Notes: generated by a model from the sequence alone, not told the origin. Positions 1 to 9,135 are shown, counted from the first letter of the stretch. The stretch is DNA of 59,473 nucleotides from Candidatus Moraniibacteriota bacterium (GCA_903893925.1 CAITOC010000010.1:1-59473); one strand, 5' to 3'. Translations and numbers: made by a program.

Positions 1-294
1 GCCTCGCAAAGACGGACTTCGCTCCCCGTCCGTCTCTGCGAGGGTGAGTCTGCGAACCCGTGGCAGTCCAGGATTCTGGTCCTGTGGCTTGCGAGCGACT
101 GGACTGGATTGCTTCATCTCCAGAAGATGGTTCGCAAAGACAGGAGGAACAAAATCTCTGGATTGCTTCGGCCTCCGAGGCCTCGCAAAGACAGACTTCG
201 TTTCCGTTCCCAACTCGTTAACCTGTGAACTCGTGAACAGCCTAGCCATTTTCCGTTCCCGTCCCCGCATTTTACAGTTTTCACTTTCAACTTT

Positions 295-1128
295 TCACTT
301 GAGTTCCTTCCAATCGAATCCCCACGGATCGGTCTTCCGTCCCGGTGCGATGTCACTGTGACCGAGCACATACTTGATGTGGTATTTTGATTTCAACGAG
401 GCGATGAGTGACCGGAGACTCGCATACTGTGCCGACGTCGGCGAGTCGGTGTCCTTTTCGATCACTTCGATACCGATCGAGAACGCATTCACTCCGGTGC
501 GACCATCGGGCATCTTGGACACGCCCGCATGATACGCGACATTGATATCTTCAACCAGCCGATACACTGCCCCCTTCCGGTCGATCAGATAATGAGGTGA
601 CACGCCGTTCTGTTTGTATTCCGCGATCACGCCCGACACCGAATAGGGATCATTCCCGAGAGCGTCGTACGAAGAATGGACGATAACCGTATCGATAGTT
701 CGCGATGTTCGTTTCTCATATCCGAATGACACGAGATGATCAATGCTGGAAATACTGGCCTTGTCCACGTTCCCTTTTCCTCCAATTTCTCCCCCTTGCC
801 CCCCTTTTATCTCATTACTCGCTATTGTTCCATCCGTCGGCGCCCCGTTCTCCAGCTTTCCTGCCGCCGCATCCGCAGATGAAACGCTTCCAGCCGGCCC
901 ATTTTCATTCCCATTTATTCCCCTTTCAACCCCTTGTGATCCCGCATCTGGCATGACATTACCATCCGAAGTCTGAGCCTCGATTGGCCGACCACTCTGA
1001 TCCGATTCGGGAGCATCCGACAAAATCACAGCCGGCCCATTTCGCATGCCCGATATCAATATCGTACCCATGCCAGAAAACGCGACAAGGATCAAAACGA
1101 GAACGACTTTTTTCGGTGTAGAAAGCAT
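295..1128 (-). CDS. N-acetylmuramoyl-L-alanine amidase (Amidase_2 / AmpD-PGRP fold) with N-terminal membrane anchor and G/N/A-rich linker
   Basis: ORF 295..1128(-). The C-terminal half carries amidase_2-like motifs (TVIVHSSY, HYLIDRKGAVYRLV, AYHAG, FSIGIEV, LGHSDIAPGRKTDPW). The N-terminus has a hydrophobic helix. Confidence 0.8.
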   Translation of the reverse strand: MLSTPKKVVLVLILVAFSGMGTILISGMRNGPAVILSDAPESDQSGRPIEAQTSDGNVMPDAGSQGVERGINGNENGPAGSVSSADAAAGKLENGAPTDGTIASNEIKGGQGGEIGGKGNVDKASISSIDHLVSFGYEKRTSRTIDTVIVHSSYDALGNDPYSVSGVIAEYKQNGVSPHYLIDRKGAVYRLVEDINVAYHAGVSKMPDGRTGVNAFSIGIEVIEKDTDSPTSAQYASLRSLIASLKSKYHIKYVLGHSDIAPGRKTDPWGFDWKELK

Positions 1129-1156
1129 GCTGTAAGTATACCACGCCTCCTCTTCT

Positions 1157-1193
1157 CCGAAGACTAAACCTTCGGAGAAGGTTTAGCCTTCGG
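1157..1193. repeat. Palindromic hairpin, family CCGAAGnCTAAACCTTC (17-bp stem, 1 mismatch)
   Basis: Arms 1157-1173 and 1177-1193 pair. A second full copy lies at 13224-13260, a half copy near 3988-4010 and a relative at 19147-19177. This copy sits in a divergent intergenic region, so it is not simply a terminator. Confidence 0.6.
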
Positions 1194-1288
1194 ATGAAAC
1201 ATGGAGTTGAAGAATACCGTCGTCTAAGGTACTATCGACATGTTGGTGACATAACTTTCAAATCAGCCCTCTTCTCATCGATACGGAC

Positions 1289-2944
1289 ATGAATCGCTTC
1301 GACCACCCGATATTCGACAAAAAATATATTCCCTTCATTCTTCTCGGCCTGATCGTCGTAGCGGGGATATTTTTGCGTACCTATCACTTCGCCGACTGGA
1401 TCCGATTCAACGACGATCAGGCCCGCGATGCGACCTTTGTCCATGGCGTCCTGTCGGGAAGAAAGGATCTCCCCCTTCTCGGACCGAACGCCTCGGGGAC
1501 ACGGTTCCGACTCGGACCACTCTTTTACTATTTCCAATCCGCCTCGGCATGGACCTTCGGTGACACGCCCGTGACGCTGGCATACCCGGATCTCTTCTTC
1601 TCTATCCTCGCGATACCGATGCTCTTCTTGTTCCTCCGAAAGTGTTTCTCCGACCGGATCAGTCTGGTCGTCACCGCATTGTCGGCAGTCTCCTCATACG
1701 CGGTCGAATACTCCCGCTTCGCCTGGAATCCAAACTCGCTCTCATTCTTCACGATCTTTTTCCTCTACGCCCTATCGGAAACGGATACCGAAGATCGGAA
1801 GAGGAAACTGTCGTGGACGATCCTCTCCGGCATCGCGCTTGGCGTCGGCGTCCAACTCCATACGCTTTTCCTCCTCGTCGCTCCGTTCGTACTGATCGCC
1901 TTCTTCCTACTCACATTCAGGAAACAACCGAGTATCTGGAAAACGACAACGATCATAGTCGCGGTCGCCCTCTTCCTGAATGCCCCGCAACTTTCTTCCG
2001 AAGTACAGACCGGTGGCGAAAATACCCGGGAATTTATCACCGGTATCATCATGGAATCGACCCCGATTCGATTGCTTCCTGAATATGCGGTGGTCGACGG
2101 CGTCTGCCAAGTCCGAAACAATGCGATGATTATCTCGTCTTCCGAAGGACTCGAGGACTGTCACTTAGCCGGCTTCCGCTCCCGATTGGCTGCCGAAGAA
2201 AAGGCGCTCGGGACCTTCGGACGCATCATCGCCTTGTCCGGACTCGCGCTTAGCACGCTGTTCTCGGTCGGCGGATATCTTCTCCTCCTTTGGCGTGCGC
2301 ATCGCGAGACTGATCCGAAGAAAAGACGCTTTCTGGTCCTCGTAGCGGTCTATGCGATTGCCGCCTTCCTCATCTTTATCCCCTTCGCGACCGAGATGAC
2401 CTCGCGCTATTTCCTGGTCGTGGAATTCGTCCCATTTCTCTTCCTCGCGCTCTGGTTCGAATCCGCCGAAAAACGATTCGCAAAAATCGGAGTGAGTATC
2501 ATCGTGGCGGTCATCATTATTCTCTCATTTCTGAACGTGCGCACGCTTTTCGAGACCTTTGCCTCATACGAAGGGGCACATCCAGAACGTGTCGTCGCGC
2601 CGGAGAGCGTCACCGTCTCGGACATCCGATCGATCGCCGGATACATACGAGTCCACGCCGGAACATCGGATACGGTCTATGTCGACGACCGAAGCGGAGA
2701 CTTGTTCGGCATGATCAAAGGCCTTTTCTACTTCCTCGATCCGTACGGCATCACAATCAAGACATTGAACGAAAATACCCGGATCGCTCCCGATTTTCCC
2801 GTCTTCTCGATCGATCTTTCGAGTATCTCCAAAGACGAGGAGCTCCTCCTTGAGCGATCCTCAAAAGAAAAACTTGCCGACTACCATATCACCGACAGCG
2901 CGACCTTTGGCCGCTTCACGGTGTTTGCTTTCGGACGGAACTAA
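1289..2944 (+). CDS. Polytopic GT-C type membrane glycosyltransferase (ArnT/PMT-like, GT39/GT83-type)
   Basis: 551-aa ORF with about a dozen hydrophobic segments. After TM1 there is an acidic loop (FNDDQARD) of the kind seen in ArnT/PMT enzymes. The family call is from pattern memory only. Confidence 0.55.
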   Translation: MNRFDHPIFDKKYIPFILLGLIVVAGIFLRTYHFADWIRFNDDQARDATFVHGVLSGRKDLPLLGPNASGTRFRLGPLFYYFQSASAWTFGDTPVTLAYPDLFFSILAIPMLFLFLRKCFSDRISLVVTALSAVSSYAVEYSRFAWNPNSLSFFTIFFLYALSETDTEDRKRKLSWTILSGIALGVGVQLHTLFLLVAPFVLIAFFLLTFRKQPSIWKTTTIIVAVALFLNAPQLSSEVQTGGENTREFITGIIMESTPIRLLPEYAVVDGVCQVRNNAMIISSSEGLEDCHLAGFRSRLAAEEKALGTFGRIIALSGLALSTLFSVGGYLLLLWRAHRETDPKKRRFLVLVAVYAIAAFLIFIPFATEMTSRYFLVVEFVPFLFLALWFESAEKRFAKIGVSIIVAVIIILSFLNVRTLFETFASYEGAHPERVVAPESVTVSDIRSIAGYIRVHAGTSDTVYVDDRSGDLFGMIKGLFYFLDPYGITIKTLNENTRIAPDFPVFSIDLSSISKDEELLLERSSKEKLADYHITDSATFGRFTVFAFGRN

Positions 2945-3178
2945 CGCCGAATGAACGCCCGTATTCCTGTTTGCCCTTCCGGAGCTAAGCTCCGTCCCAA
3001 CAGATCACTGATCCTTCATTTGGTATAAGCGACCAGCAAAAACCGCCCCGGCAGACCGGAGCGGTTTCACCTCGTAGAACCGTGCGGACACGGTCACGAG
3101 GCATGCTTTCAACCCCATAAAATTTCGAGTACGAAACCACGGGATATGCTTTCGACTTGTGACGTTATGGACTTTTGA

Positions 3179-3451
3179 CTACTTTTTCTTCTTGCTCGAA
3201 TGCGAGGCGATGAGTGCCGATGCGGCACCGAGGGCTGCGGCAATGCCCGAAGCGATGGCGATCGCCTTCTCCGGATTCTTCCGGATATAGGAATCAGCCT
3301 GTTTCACGGCTGCATCCGCCTGCTTCCGGATTTTCACGGCCTCCTTCTCGACGGCCTTGAGTCCCTTCTCGATCTCCTTCTCAAACCCCTTCTTCACATC
3401 CGACACGGTCACCGCCTTTTTCGTCTTCTTCGCCACGACTTTCTTTGCCAT
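3179..3451 (-). CDS. DUF883 / YqjD-ElaB family tail-anchored protein
   Basis: ORF 3179..3628 trimmed to the internal ATG at 3451 (MAKKVVAKK...). The C-terminus ADSYIRKNPEKAIAIASGIAAALG resembles the YqjD motif ADEYVRENPW..GIGAAIG. Confidence 0.65.
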   Translation of the reverse strand: MAKKVVAKKTKKAVTVSDVKKGFEKEIEKGLKAVEKEAVKIRKQADAAVKQADSYIRKNPEKAIAIASGIAAALGAASALIASHSSKKKK

Positions 3452-3506
3452 ACGGTTATACTTACTGTTTATCGATTTATGAGTATCGTACCGATTGATG
3501 CGACGT

Positions 3507-3851
3507 CTATTTTTTCGCTCTGGAAAATGCCGATACGATGATCGCCGCCACAAATACGAGCACACCGACCACGATCTCGCCGATACCGGGCAGACCGTAG
3601 AGGAAATCGAGAAGGCTCGCGAACCCACTGAACAAAAACCAGATACCGAATGCTCCCAAAAGAATCACAAATGCACGACGAAGCACGGTGCTCACCACCT
3701 CGTCAACCGCGGAAGCGATGCTCGAGGTGACGCTTTCCAAAAGATTTTTCACACCACCAAATATCGTATCGAAAAGGAGTGCCGAACCAAATATACTCTC
3801 GCCACCCTCACGTTTTGTCTTGTTCCCTTCCGGGACAATGTCGATTCTCAT
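3507..3851 (-). CDS. Small membrane protein (two C-terminal TM helices), possibly YqjE/holin-like partner of the DUF883 gene
   Basis: ORF 3507..4034 trimmed to the ATG at 3851, because an extended -10 box lies at 3886-3894. Two hydrophobic helices are present (FVILLGAFGIWFLFSGF and IVVGVLVFVAAIIVSAF). Confidence 0.5.
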   Translation of the reverse strand: MRIDIVPEGNKTKREGGESIFGSALLFDTIFGGVKNLLESVTSSIASAVDEVVSTVLRRAFVILLGAFGIWFLFSGFASLLDFLYGLPGIGEIVVGVLVFVAAIIVSAFSRAKK

Positions 3852-3885
3852 ACGTTTGTGTCCGTTCGAATCCCTTACAAAGTCC

Positions 3886-3894
3886 AGTATAGCA
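3886..3894 (-). promoter_or_regulatory. Extended -10 box TGCTATACT
   Basis: The reverse complement of agtatagca lies about 35 nt upstream of the ATG at 3851. The same 9-mer recurs upstream of the FKBP and SDR genes. Confidence 0.4.
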
Positions 3895-4079
3895 TGAAAA
3901 CGACCCGACTTCAAGAGGGCGATGCGTACGATTCGACGGCATTCGTCGCCTATCAAAATCACGACATGAACAAACGCATCATCCTGCTTTTCGAAGGCTA
4001 AACCTTCGGAAGAGAATCTCAAAAGACTTCCCATTCAATGTCGGTTTCTGCTACACTGTCGATAACAAATCGATCGGAT

Positions 4080-7000
4080 ATGAACAGCGGACGGGTTGCC
4101 ATCATTCCCACTCTTCTCACGCTCTCTTTTTTTGCGCTCTCAATTCCCTCTTTTGCCGACACAATATCCACTCCGGACGACGATGCACCGATTGCGGACA
4201 CGGGAGCGTCTTTTCCGAAGACAGACCCTGCCCTTCCGGTCGAAGATATCGATACGAAGGATGCCGTGATTCTTCCAACAGTGGCGGACGAACCGACACT
4301 ACCCGAACCGGGAAAGCCAGCCGGTGAACCTTCCGCCGATTCAGTTGAGGTCGTACCTGAAAGCGACCCATCTTCTGCCCATGAGTCGCTAAACGAACCA
4401 GCTTCATCCGCAGAGCCTCCGGTCGAAATTCCAGCATCAGAGCCAAAAATGACTCCTCCGGTCGAAGAAACGCCGACAGAAATTCCTCTCGGGACGGAAG
4501 AAGCCGATACTCCCCCGCCGGCCGGGCGCATGATGATGGCCCCGGCTATGCTGTTTGCAGCCGATTCCCCACCGGACACCATCATAAGCGAGGTGCAGAT
4601 AGCCGGTGATGACGCGAATGATGATTTTGTCGAACTCTACAATCCAGGCGATGCGGCATATTCATTGAAAGGATTTGAACTCCGGCGAAAAACCAAGGGT
4701 GATTCGACCCCTACTGGATCATTGTTTCATGCATTCTCGGATTCCGACAGCATACCGGGAAACGGATACTTTCTGTGGGCAAACAAAGATGGCACAGCGG
4801 CGTTCATCGCGATTGCCGACGTGATAAGCAAGAACAAAACATCTCCCGCATTGACCACGGATAACAGCCTTGCCCTGTTCAACTCGAGCAAAACGATGAT
4901 TGCCGCGCTTGCTTGGGGTTCGGGTCATACCAAGCCGTTTACGGCATCAAAAAATACGAATCCCGGAAAAAATCAGAGTCTCGTCTACGATGCCGATAAG
5001 GATTCCTGGTCGATTTCAGATTGTCCGACGCCGACGAACAGCAAAGGCGAAACACCCGATCCAAGCCCGGCCTGCAAGGATTCCGACCCGCCTCCTCCCA
5101 TCGGTACGATCGTCATCAACGAATTTCTCCCGTATCCGAACGCTGGTGAAGAAGAGTGGATCGAGCTTCGTAATACCGGGGTCGAGGAAATCAAACTTGC
5201 AGGATGGAAAATCCAAGACGCCTCAGGAAAGACGTATGCGTTTCCAAAAGCCACGGTCATCGCGGCTGGAGGATTCCTCGTTATCGATGGTTCAACGTCA
5301 TCCATCGCTCTCAATAATGCCGGAGCGGAAAGCGTCATCCTTCTGTTTCCAGACGGAAGTACTGCGGACTCGATATCTTATGACGGAACCGATCAAAACG
5401 TCGCATTCGCACGCACGGACACGGGAACATTCCTCCAGACACATACCCCGACCCGGGGTGCCATAAATGTCTTTGATCCCGAACCGGAGAAAGTCACGCC
5501 TCCTCCCATCGGCACAGTCATCATCAACGAATTTCTCCCGTATCCGAACGCTGGTGAAGAAGAGTGGATCGAGCTTCGTAATACCGGCGATACGGAAATA
5601 TCCCTTGCCGGATGGACGATGAAAGATGCCTCTTCAAGTGCCGGGTATACGTTCCCGGCAGGGACAGTCATAGTTGCGAACGGGTTTTTCATCCTCGGTG
5701 CGGAAACCTCGCTTATCGCACTTAATAATACCGGAGCCGAATCCGTCACGTTATCGTTCCCGGATAAAAGTGTCGCCGACACATATTCCTATGATGGAAC
5801 CGGGCAAGGAGCCACGTATGCACGCACGGACACGGGAACGTTCCTCCTCACGCATATACCGACTCCCAAAGCGACGAATACTTTTGATCCCGAACCGGAG
5901 AAAGTCACGCTTCCGCCGGTCGGCACAGTCATCATCAACGAGCTGTTCCCGAATCCGGCACAGAAGGGCGAGGAGAACGAATGGATCGAGTTGCGCAATA
6001 CCGGAAACATACCCGTCGCACTCGTCGGATGGATACTCCGGTCCGGATCCGGGAAGTTCACCTGGACGAACGACCTGTCGGCGACCCTCCGTGAGATTTC
6101 CGCGAACGGCTACCTCGTCATTGACCGTGCACTTTCGAAACTCGCGCTTCGCAATACCGACGGGGCCGTGACCCTCCTCGCGTCCGACGACATGACGACG
6201 ATGGATTCCGTCTCGTATGGTACGGCGATCGAGGAAGCCTCGTACGGACGGACTCTCTCCGGGACGTTCCGATGGAGCACGACCCTCACGCCGGGATACG
6301 AGAACGTATTTGGCACCGAACCGAAAGCAAAGAAGGCCTCCATTCCGAAGCAGGGGTATGTGAACGCATTCATACCGTTTTCGACGGACGGAAACAAGAA
6401 GAACCTGAAGTATGTCTGGGATTTCGGCGACGGTCACAAGAGTTACCTCGATACGACAAGCCATCGATATGAAAAGACCGGGACCTACGAGGGCACGCTC
6501 ACGACGAGTGACCGCATCGAAGAAACAGTGAGGACGTTCACGATACGGATCGAGAAATACCCGAGGCGCGACCTGCATCTGACCGAGCTTGCTCCCAACC
6601 CGGCCGGGACGGATACCGGCGCCGAGTGGATCAGGATCCGAAACGACGACGTGAAAAAAATAAACCTCTCCGGCTGGATCATCGCCACCGGCTCTGACAA
6701 GGAAAAACTCGTGAATCACGTCATCACTTCGAACCGTTCCCTCGCTCCCGGCGAAGAAATCGCTCTCACGCACGACGATGCGAAGTTCACCCTTCCCAAT
6801 CGGCAAGCCATCATCGAACTGCGTCGACCCGACGGCAAGACCGTACAAACAGTCTCGTATGATGTGGAAAAGGACGTCGCCGAAAATGCCATCTATACCG
6901 AAGTCGGCGATGACACCTGGACCTGGTCGGTTCCGTCGATGAAAGACGTGGACATCGCTCCGGCACCGGAAGAAACGACTGCCGAAACCGTGACGGACAC

Positions 7001-7223
7001 GGCACCATACGAACCAGGACTCTCCGTCGACCCGGATTCGGACCGGCTCACCTTCGGCGAGTTCGTCTCCCTCGGCACGCCATACGATCCCGATCTTCCC
7101 GACGCCCTCCCCCGCGTCCTCGGCGCTTCGGATGAACGACTCCGAAGTGATATGTCATCCTCCGAATCATTTCTCGACTCGCTGTTCCGGGCGCTCAACG
7201 GGTTCATGACGGGAACGACGTGA
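4080..7223 (+). CDS. Secreted surface protein with five lamin-tail domains (LTD) and one PKD domain
   Basis: Signal-like N-terminus from the ATG at 4080 (MNSGRVAIIPTLLTLSFFALSIPSFA). LTD signatures repeat (VIINEFLPYPNAGEEEWIELRNTG x2, INELFPNPA..NEWIELRNTG, ELAPNPAGTDTGAEWIRIRN, FVELYNPG). A PKD motif is present (WDFGDGHKS..HRYEKTGTYEGTL). Confidence 0.85.
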   Translation: MNSGRVAIIPTLLTLSFFALSIPSFADTISTPDDDAPIADTGASFPKTDPALPVEDIDTKDAVILPTVADEPTLPEPGKPAGEPSADSVEVVPESDPSSAHESLNEPASSAEPPVEIPASEPKMTPPVEETPTEIPLGTEEADTPPPAGRMMMAPAMLFAADSPPDTIISEVQIAGDDANDDFVELYNPGDAAYSLKGFELRRKTKGDSTPTGSLFHAFSDSDSIPGNGYFLWANKDGTAAFIAIADVISKNKTSPALTTDNSLALFNSSKTMIAALAWGSGHTKPFTASKNTNPGKNQSLVYDADKDSWSISDCPTPTNSKGETPDPSPACKDSDPPPPIGTIVINEFLPYPNAGEEEWIELRNTGVEEIKLAGWKIQDASGKTYAFPKATVIAAGGFLVIDGSTSSIALNNAGAESVILLFPDGSTADSISYDGTDQNVAFARTDTGTFLQTHTPTRGAINVFDPEPEKVTPPPIGTVIINEFLPYPNAGEEEWIELRNTGDTEISLAGWTMKDASSSAGYTFPAGTVIVANGFFILGAETSLIALNNTGAESVTLSFPDKSVADTYSYDGTGQGATYARTDTGTFLLTHIPTPKATNTFDPEPEKVTLPPVGTVIINELFPNPAQKGEENEWIELRNTGNIPVALVGWILRSGSGKFTWTNDLSATLREISANGYLVIDRALSKLALRNTDGAVTLLASDDMTTMDSVSYGTAIEEASYGRTLSGTFRWSTTLTPGYENVFGTEPKAKKASIPKQGYVNAFIPFSTDGNKKNLKYVWDFGDGHKSYLDTTSHRYEKTGTYEGTLTTSDRIEETVRTFTIRIEKYPRRDLHLTELAPNPAGTDTGAEWIRIRNDDVKKINLSGWIIATGSDKEKLVNHVITSNRSLAPGEEIALTHDDAKFTLPNRQAIIELRRPDGKTVQTVSYDVEKDVAENAIYTEVGDDTWTWSVPSMKDVDIAPAPEETTAETVTDTAPYEPGLSVDPDSDRLTFGEFVSLGTPYDPDLPDALPRVLGASDERLRSDMSSSESFLDSLFRALNGFMTGTT
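7113..7189 (+). repeat. 77-nt direct repeat (copy 1) forming the present 3' end of the LTD gene
   Basis: 7113-7162 is identical to 8936-8985 (50 nt), and 7173-7189 is identical to 8996-9012. The pair flanks the ilvC-like gene. Confidence 0.85.
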
Positions 7224-7247
7224 CTCCAAATACTGCTGAAACATTGA

Positions 7248-7284
7248 AAGCGGGAGAGCAATTTCTCTCCCGCTTTCGGTTTTT
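7248..7284 (+). terminator. Rho-independent terminator after the LTD gene
   Basis: Stem AAGCGGGAGAG / CTCTCCCGCTT with loop caattt, followed by TCGGTTTTT. Confidence 0.55.
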
Positions 7285-7301
7285 ACGATCAGAACAATGT
7301 C

Positions 7302-8783
7302 TCAGCCGACATACAGATCTTCTTTCGGAACCAGTTCCAGGCATGTTGCAAGCGACGAGTGAACCGGGTGACCGACAAAGAGCTGGAAAAGAGGCGATCC
7401 AAGAACGCTTTCCGGATTGTTACTGAAATCTTGCAGTACGTCTCCCCAAAGAGAAGACATGAATCGTGGACCCCATTTTTTGGCACCAAGCTGAGCCGTC
7501 GGAGAACAACTGTGAACCATGAAACCCACACCTTTGGCATGCATGAGCGGATTGAGCGACTTGATAGCCTCGATGATCGACTCAAAACAAACTTCAGTCC
7601 ACCAGTGACCATGATCGTGGAGCACATCAACCTGCGCCATCATGATACCGGCGTACAGCCCTGCGACCATCGGGTCGATTACCTTCTCGAAATTCTCACG
7701 GTTCTGGCGGACCCGTTCACCGACAGCCCACATCTCACCGATATCGACCCGCTCCATTGGATGTTCCCTGAGTTGATTCCCGCGCTCGACAACCTCCCGG
7801 ATTTCGTCCCCGGATTCCACCGAAGCGTAGATATCCTCAATCAGTTCCTTCGCCGGACCGTATACCGAAACATATGCCCTGGCAAATATTTTCTGCTCGC
7901 TTCCCGGGAGACCACTATAGAGCCCCAGCAGTCCGCCATGCCGAGAAATGCGATCACTGATCGGACCGGTAATACTTTCTACAGCCAGATTGAACGCCTC
8001 TTCCTCACTGAAGCCAAGTTCGATGAAACGTCGATACGCCATTTCAGCGAGCGCCCAAACGGCGCCAAGCAAGATAGCCCGCTCGCCGGTCAGATCACTC
8101 AAGAACTCCTTCCTGAGCGTCGTAAAGGAACTCAGCGGTGCACCGAGCTGAATTGCCCATGCGATTGCCACATCCAGAGCGCCACCAAGATCGCACTCCA
8201 CCGCGATAGAGCACGGGATACCGGCCCCATTCGTTTCACGACCCTGTTCATACCACAAACGGACGGACGTTCCTACCCCCTTGGGACAGACACCGATCAC
8301 ACTGATGTTGTCCGGGAAATATTCCCCGACGCTCAGCAGGTGACCGAGCAGGAATCCATGCGCGAGACCGAGAATAGCCCCCAATCGCAACGCCGCGAAT
8401 ATCTTCTTATACAGCCGGACTTGCTCCGAATCCGGGATAAGCAATATCACGAAATCGGATTCCGCGATAACGGCGAATGTCTCACCGAGCGTGCCATCCT
8501 TTTCCGTAAAGCCTGCCGCCCTTGCCTTCTGCCGGGAGCCGCTTTCTTCGGGAAGGCCGACTTTTACGACGATACCGGAGCCGACGAGCGATTCGCGAAG
8601 ATTCAGCGCATGAGCGTGTCCCTGCGAACCGAAACCGATAACGGCGATCTGTCTGATTCCTGCCGCACGGAAAACACGGGTCGCGGTGGGGAACATGTCC
8701 CTGCCGCCGACGACGATCCATTCAGCCGCTCCGGGAAACACGAGTTTCCGCATCGGGAAGATATTTGATTGAAAATGATTCAT
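7302..8783 (-). CDS. ilvC: Ketol-acid reductoisomerase, long class II (plant-like) form
   Basis: Start set at ATG 8783, preceded by AGGAGG with a 9-nt spacer. Motifs: VIGFGSQGHAHALNLRES, LGLAHGFLLGHL, VCPKG, SDLTGERAILLG. At ~493 aa it has the length of a class II enzyme with a duplicated C-terminal domain. Confidence 0.85.
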   Translation of the reverse strand: MNHFQSNIFPMRKLVFPGAAEWIVVGGRDMFPTATRVFRAAGIRQIAVIGFGSQGHAHALNLRESLVGSGIVVKVGLPEESGSRQKARAAGFTEKDGTLGETFAVIAESDFVILLIPDSEQVRLYKKIFAALRLGAILGLAHGFLLGHLLSVGEYFPDNISVIGVCPKGVGTSVRLWYEQGRETNGAGIPCSIAVECDLGGALDVAIAWAIQLGAPLSSFTTLRKEFLSDLTGERAILLGAVWALAEMAYRRFIELGFSEEEAFNLAVESITGPISDRISRHGGLLGLYSGLPGSEQKIFARAYVSVYGPAKELIEDIYASVESGDEIREVVERGNQLREHPMERVDIGEMWAVGERVRQNRENFEKVIDPMVAGLYAGIMMAQVDVLHDHGHWWTEVCFESIIEAIKSLNPLMHAKGVGFMVHSCSPTAQLGAKKWGPRFMSSLWGDVLQDFSNNPESVLGSPLFQLFVGHPVHSSLATCLELVPKEDLYVG

Positions 8784-8935
8784 TATGAAGCGCCTCCTGT
8801 TTTTCGACACGGATAAGACCGTGCCTCTGTTAACGAAAAGACCAAGCCCCCGCTTGATTGCAGGAAAATCCTAACAAAAAAGCCTCTCTCCGTCAAGTAA
8901 AAGCACTCGAGCTTAAAGTTTCATTCTTTCAGCCT

Positions 8936-9079
8936 CGCGTCCTCGGCGCTTCGGATGAACGACTCCGAAGTGATATGTCATCCTCTGAGTGGCCTCTCGA
9001 CTCGCTGTTCCGACTGTTGAATTCAACCTGTCTCGAAACCTGGCCGGGGCGACATGACTCTATCCGCGTTATCTATTGA
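8936..9079 (+). pseudogene. Displaced alternative 3' end of the LTD gene (copy 2 of the 77-nt repeat, open to a stop at 9077-9079)
   Basis: Translates as RVLGASDERLRSDMSSSEWPLDSLFRLL...VIY*, matching the present LTD C-terminus RVLGASDERLRSDMSSSESFLDSLFRAL. It has no start codon or upstream gene body. Confidence 0.6.
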
Positions 9080-9090
9080 GAGAGACATAT

Positions 9091-9127
9091 AAAAAAGCCG
9101 CGGTGCTGTTGACCTAACGGCTTTTGT
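9091..9127. terminator. Bidirectional hairpin terminator (A-run / AAGCCG..CGGCTT / T-run)
   Basis: Stem arms 9095-9100 and 9118-9123, flanked by aaaaaa and ttttgtt. It lies after the displaced LTD end (+) and after the 9136 gene (-). Confidence 0.45.
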
Positions 9128-9135
9128 TCCTGACC

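Noticed and set aside
1-294. ORFs 44..361 (+) and 114..371 (-) at the window edge as genes
   Set aside because: The region is built from short repeats: gcctcgcaaagac[g/a]gacttcg at 1-21 and 180-200, and ctggattgcttc at 101-112 and 158-169. It also contains an imperfect 15-bp hairpin (2-16 pairing with 29-43). The translations are low-complexity, and the region lies downstream of the amidase gene.
5751-6848. 365-aa ORF on the - strand inside the LTD gene
   Set aside because: It is antisense to clear LTD/PKD coding sequence. It has no RBS or promoter and a biased R/G/V composition.
7359-8768. 469-aa ORF on the + strand covering almost all of the ilvC locus
   Set aside because: It is antisense to a gene with unmistakable KARI motifs. 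Its translation is Arg/Pro-rich low-complexity sequence with no motif. This is a typical shadow ORF in G+C-rich coding DNA.
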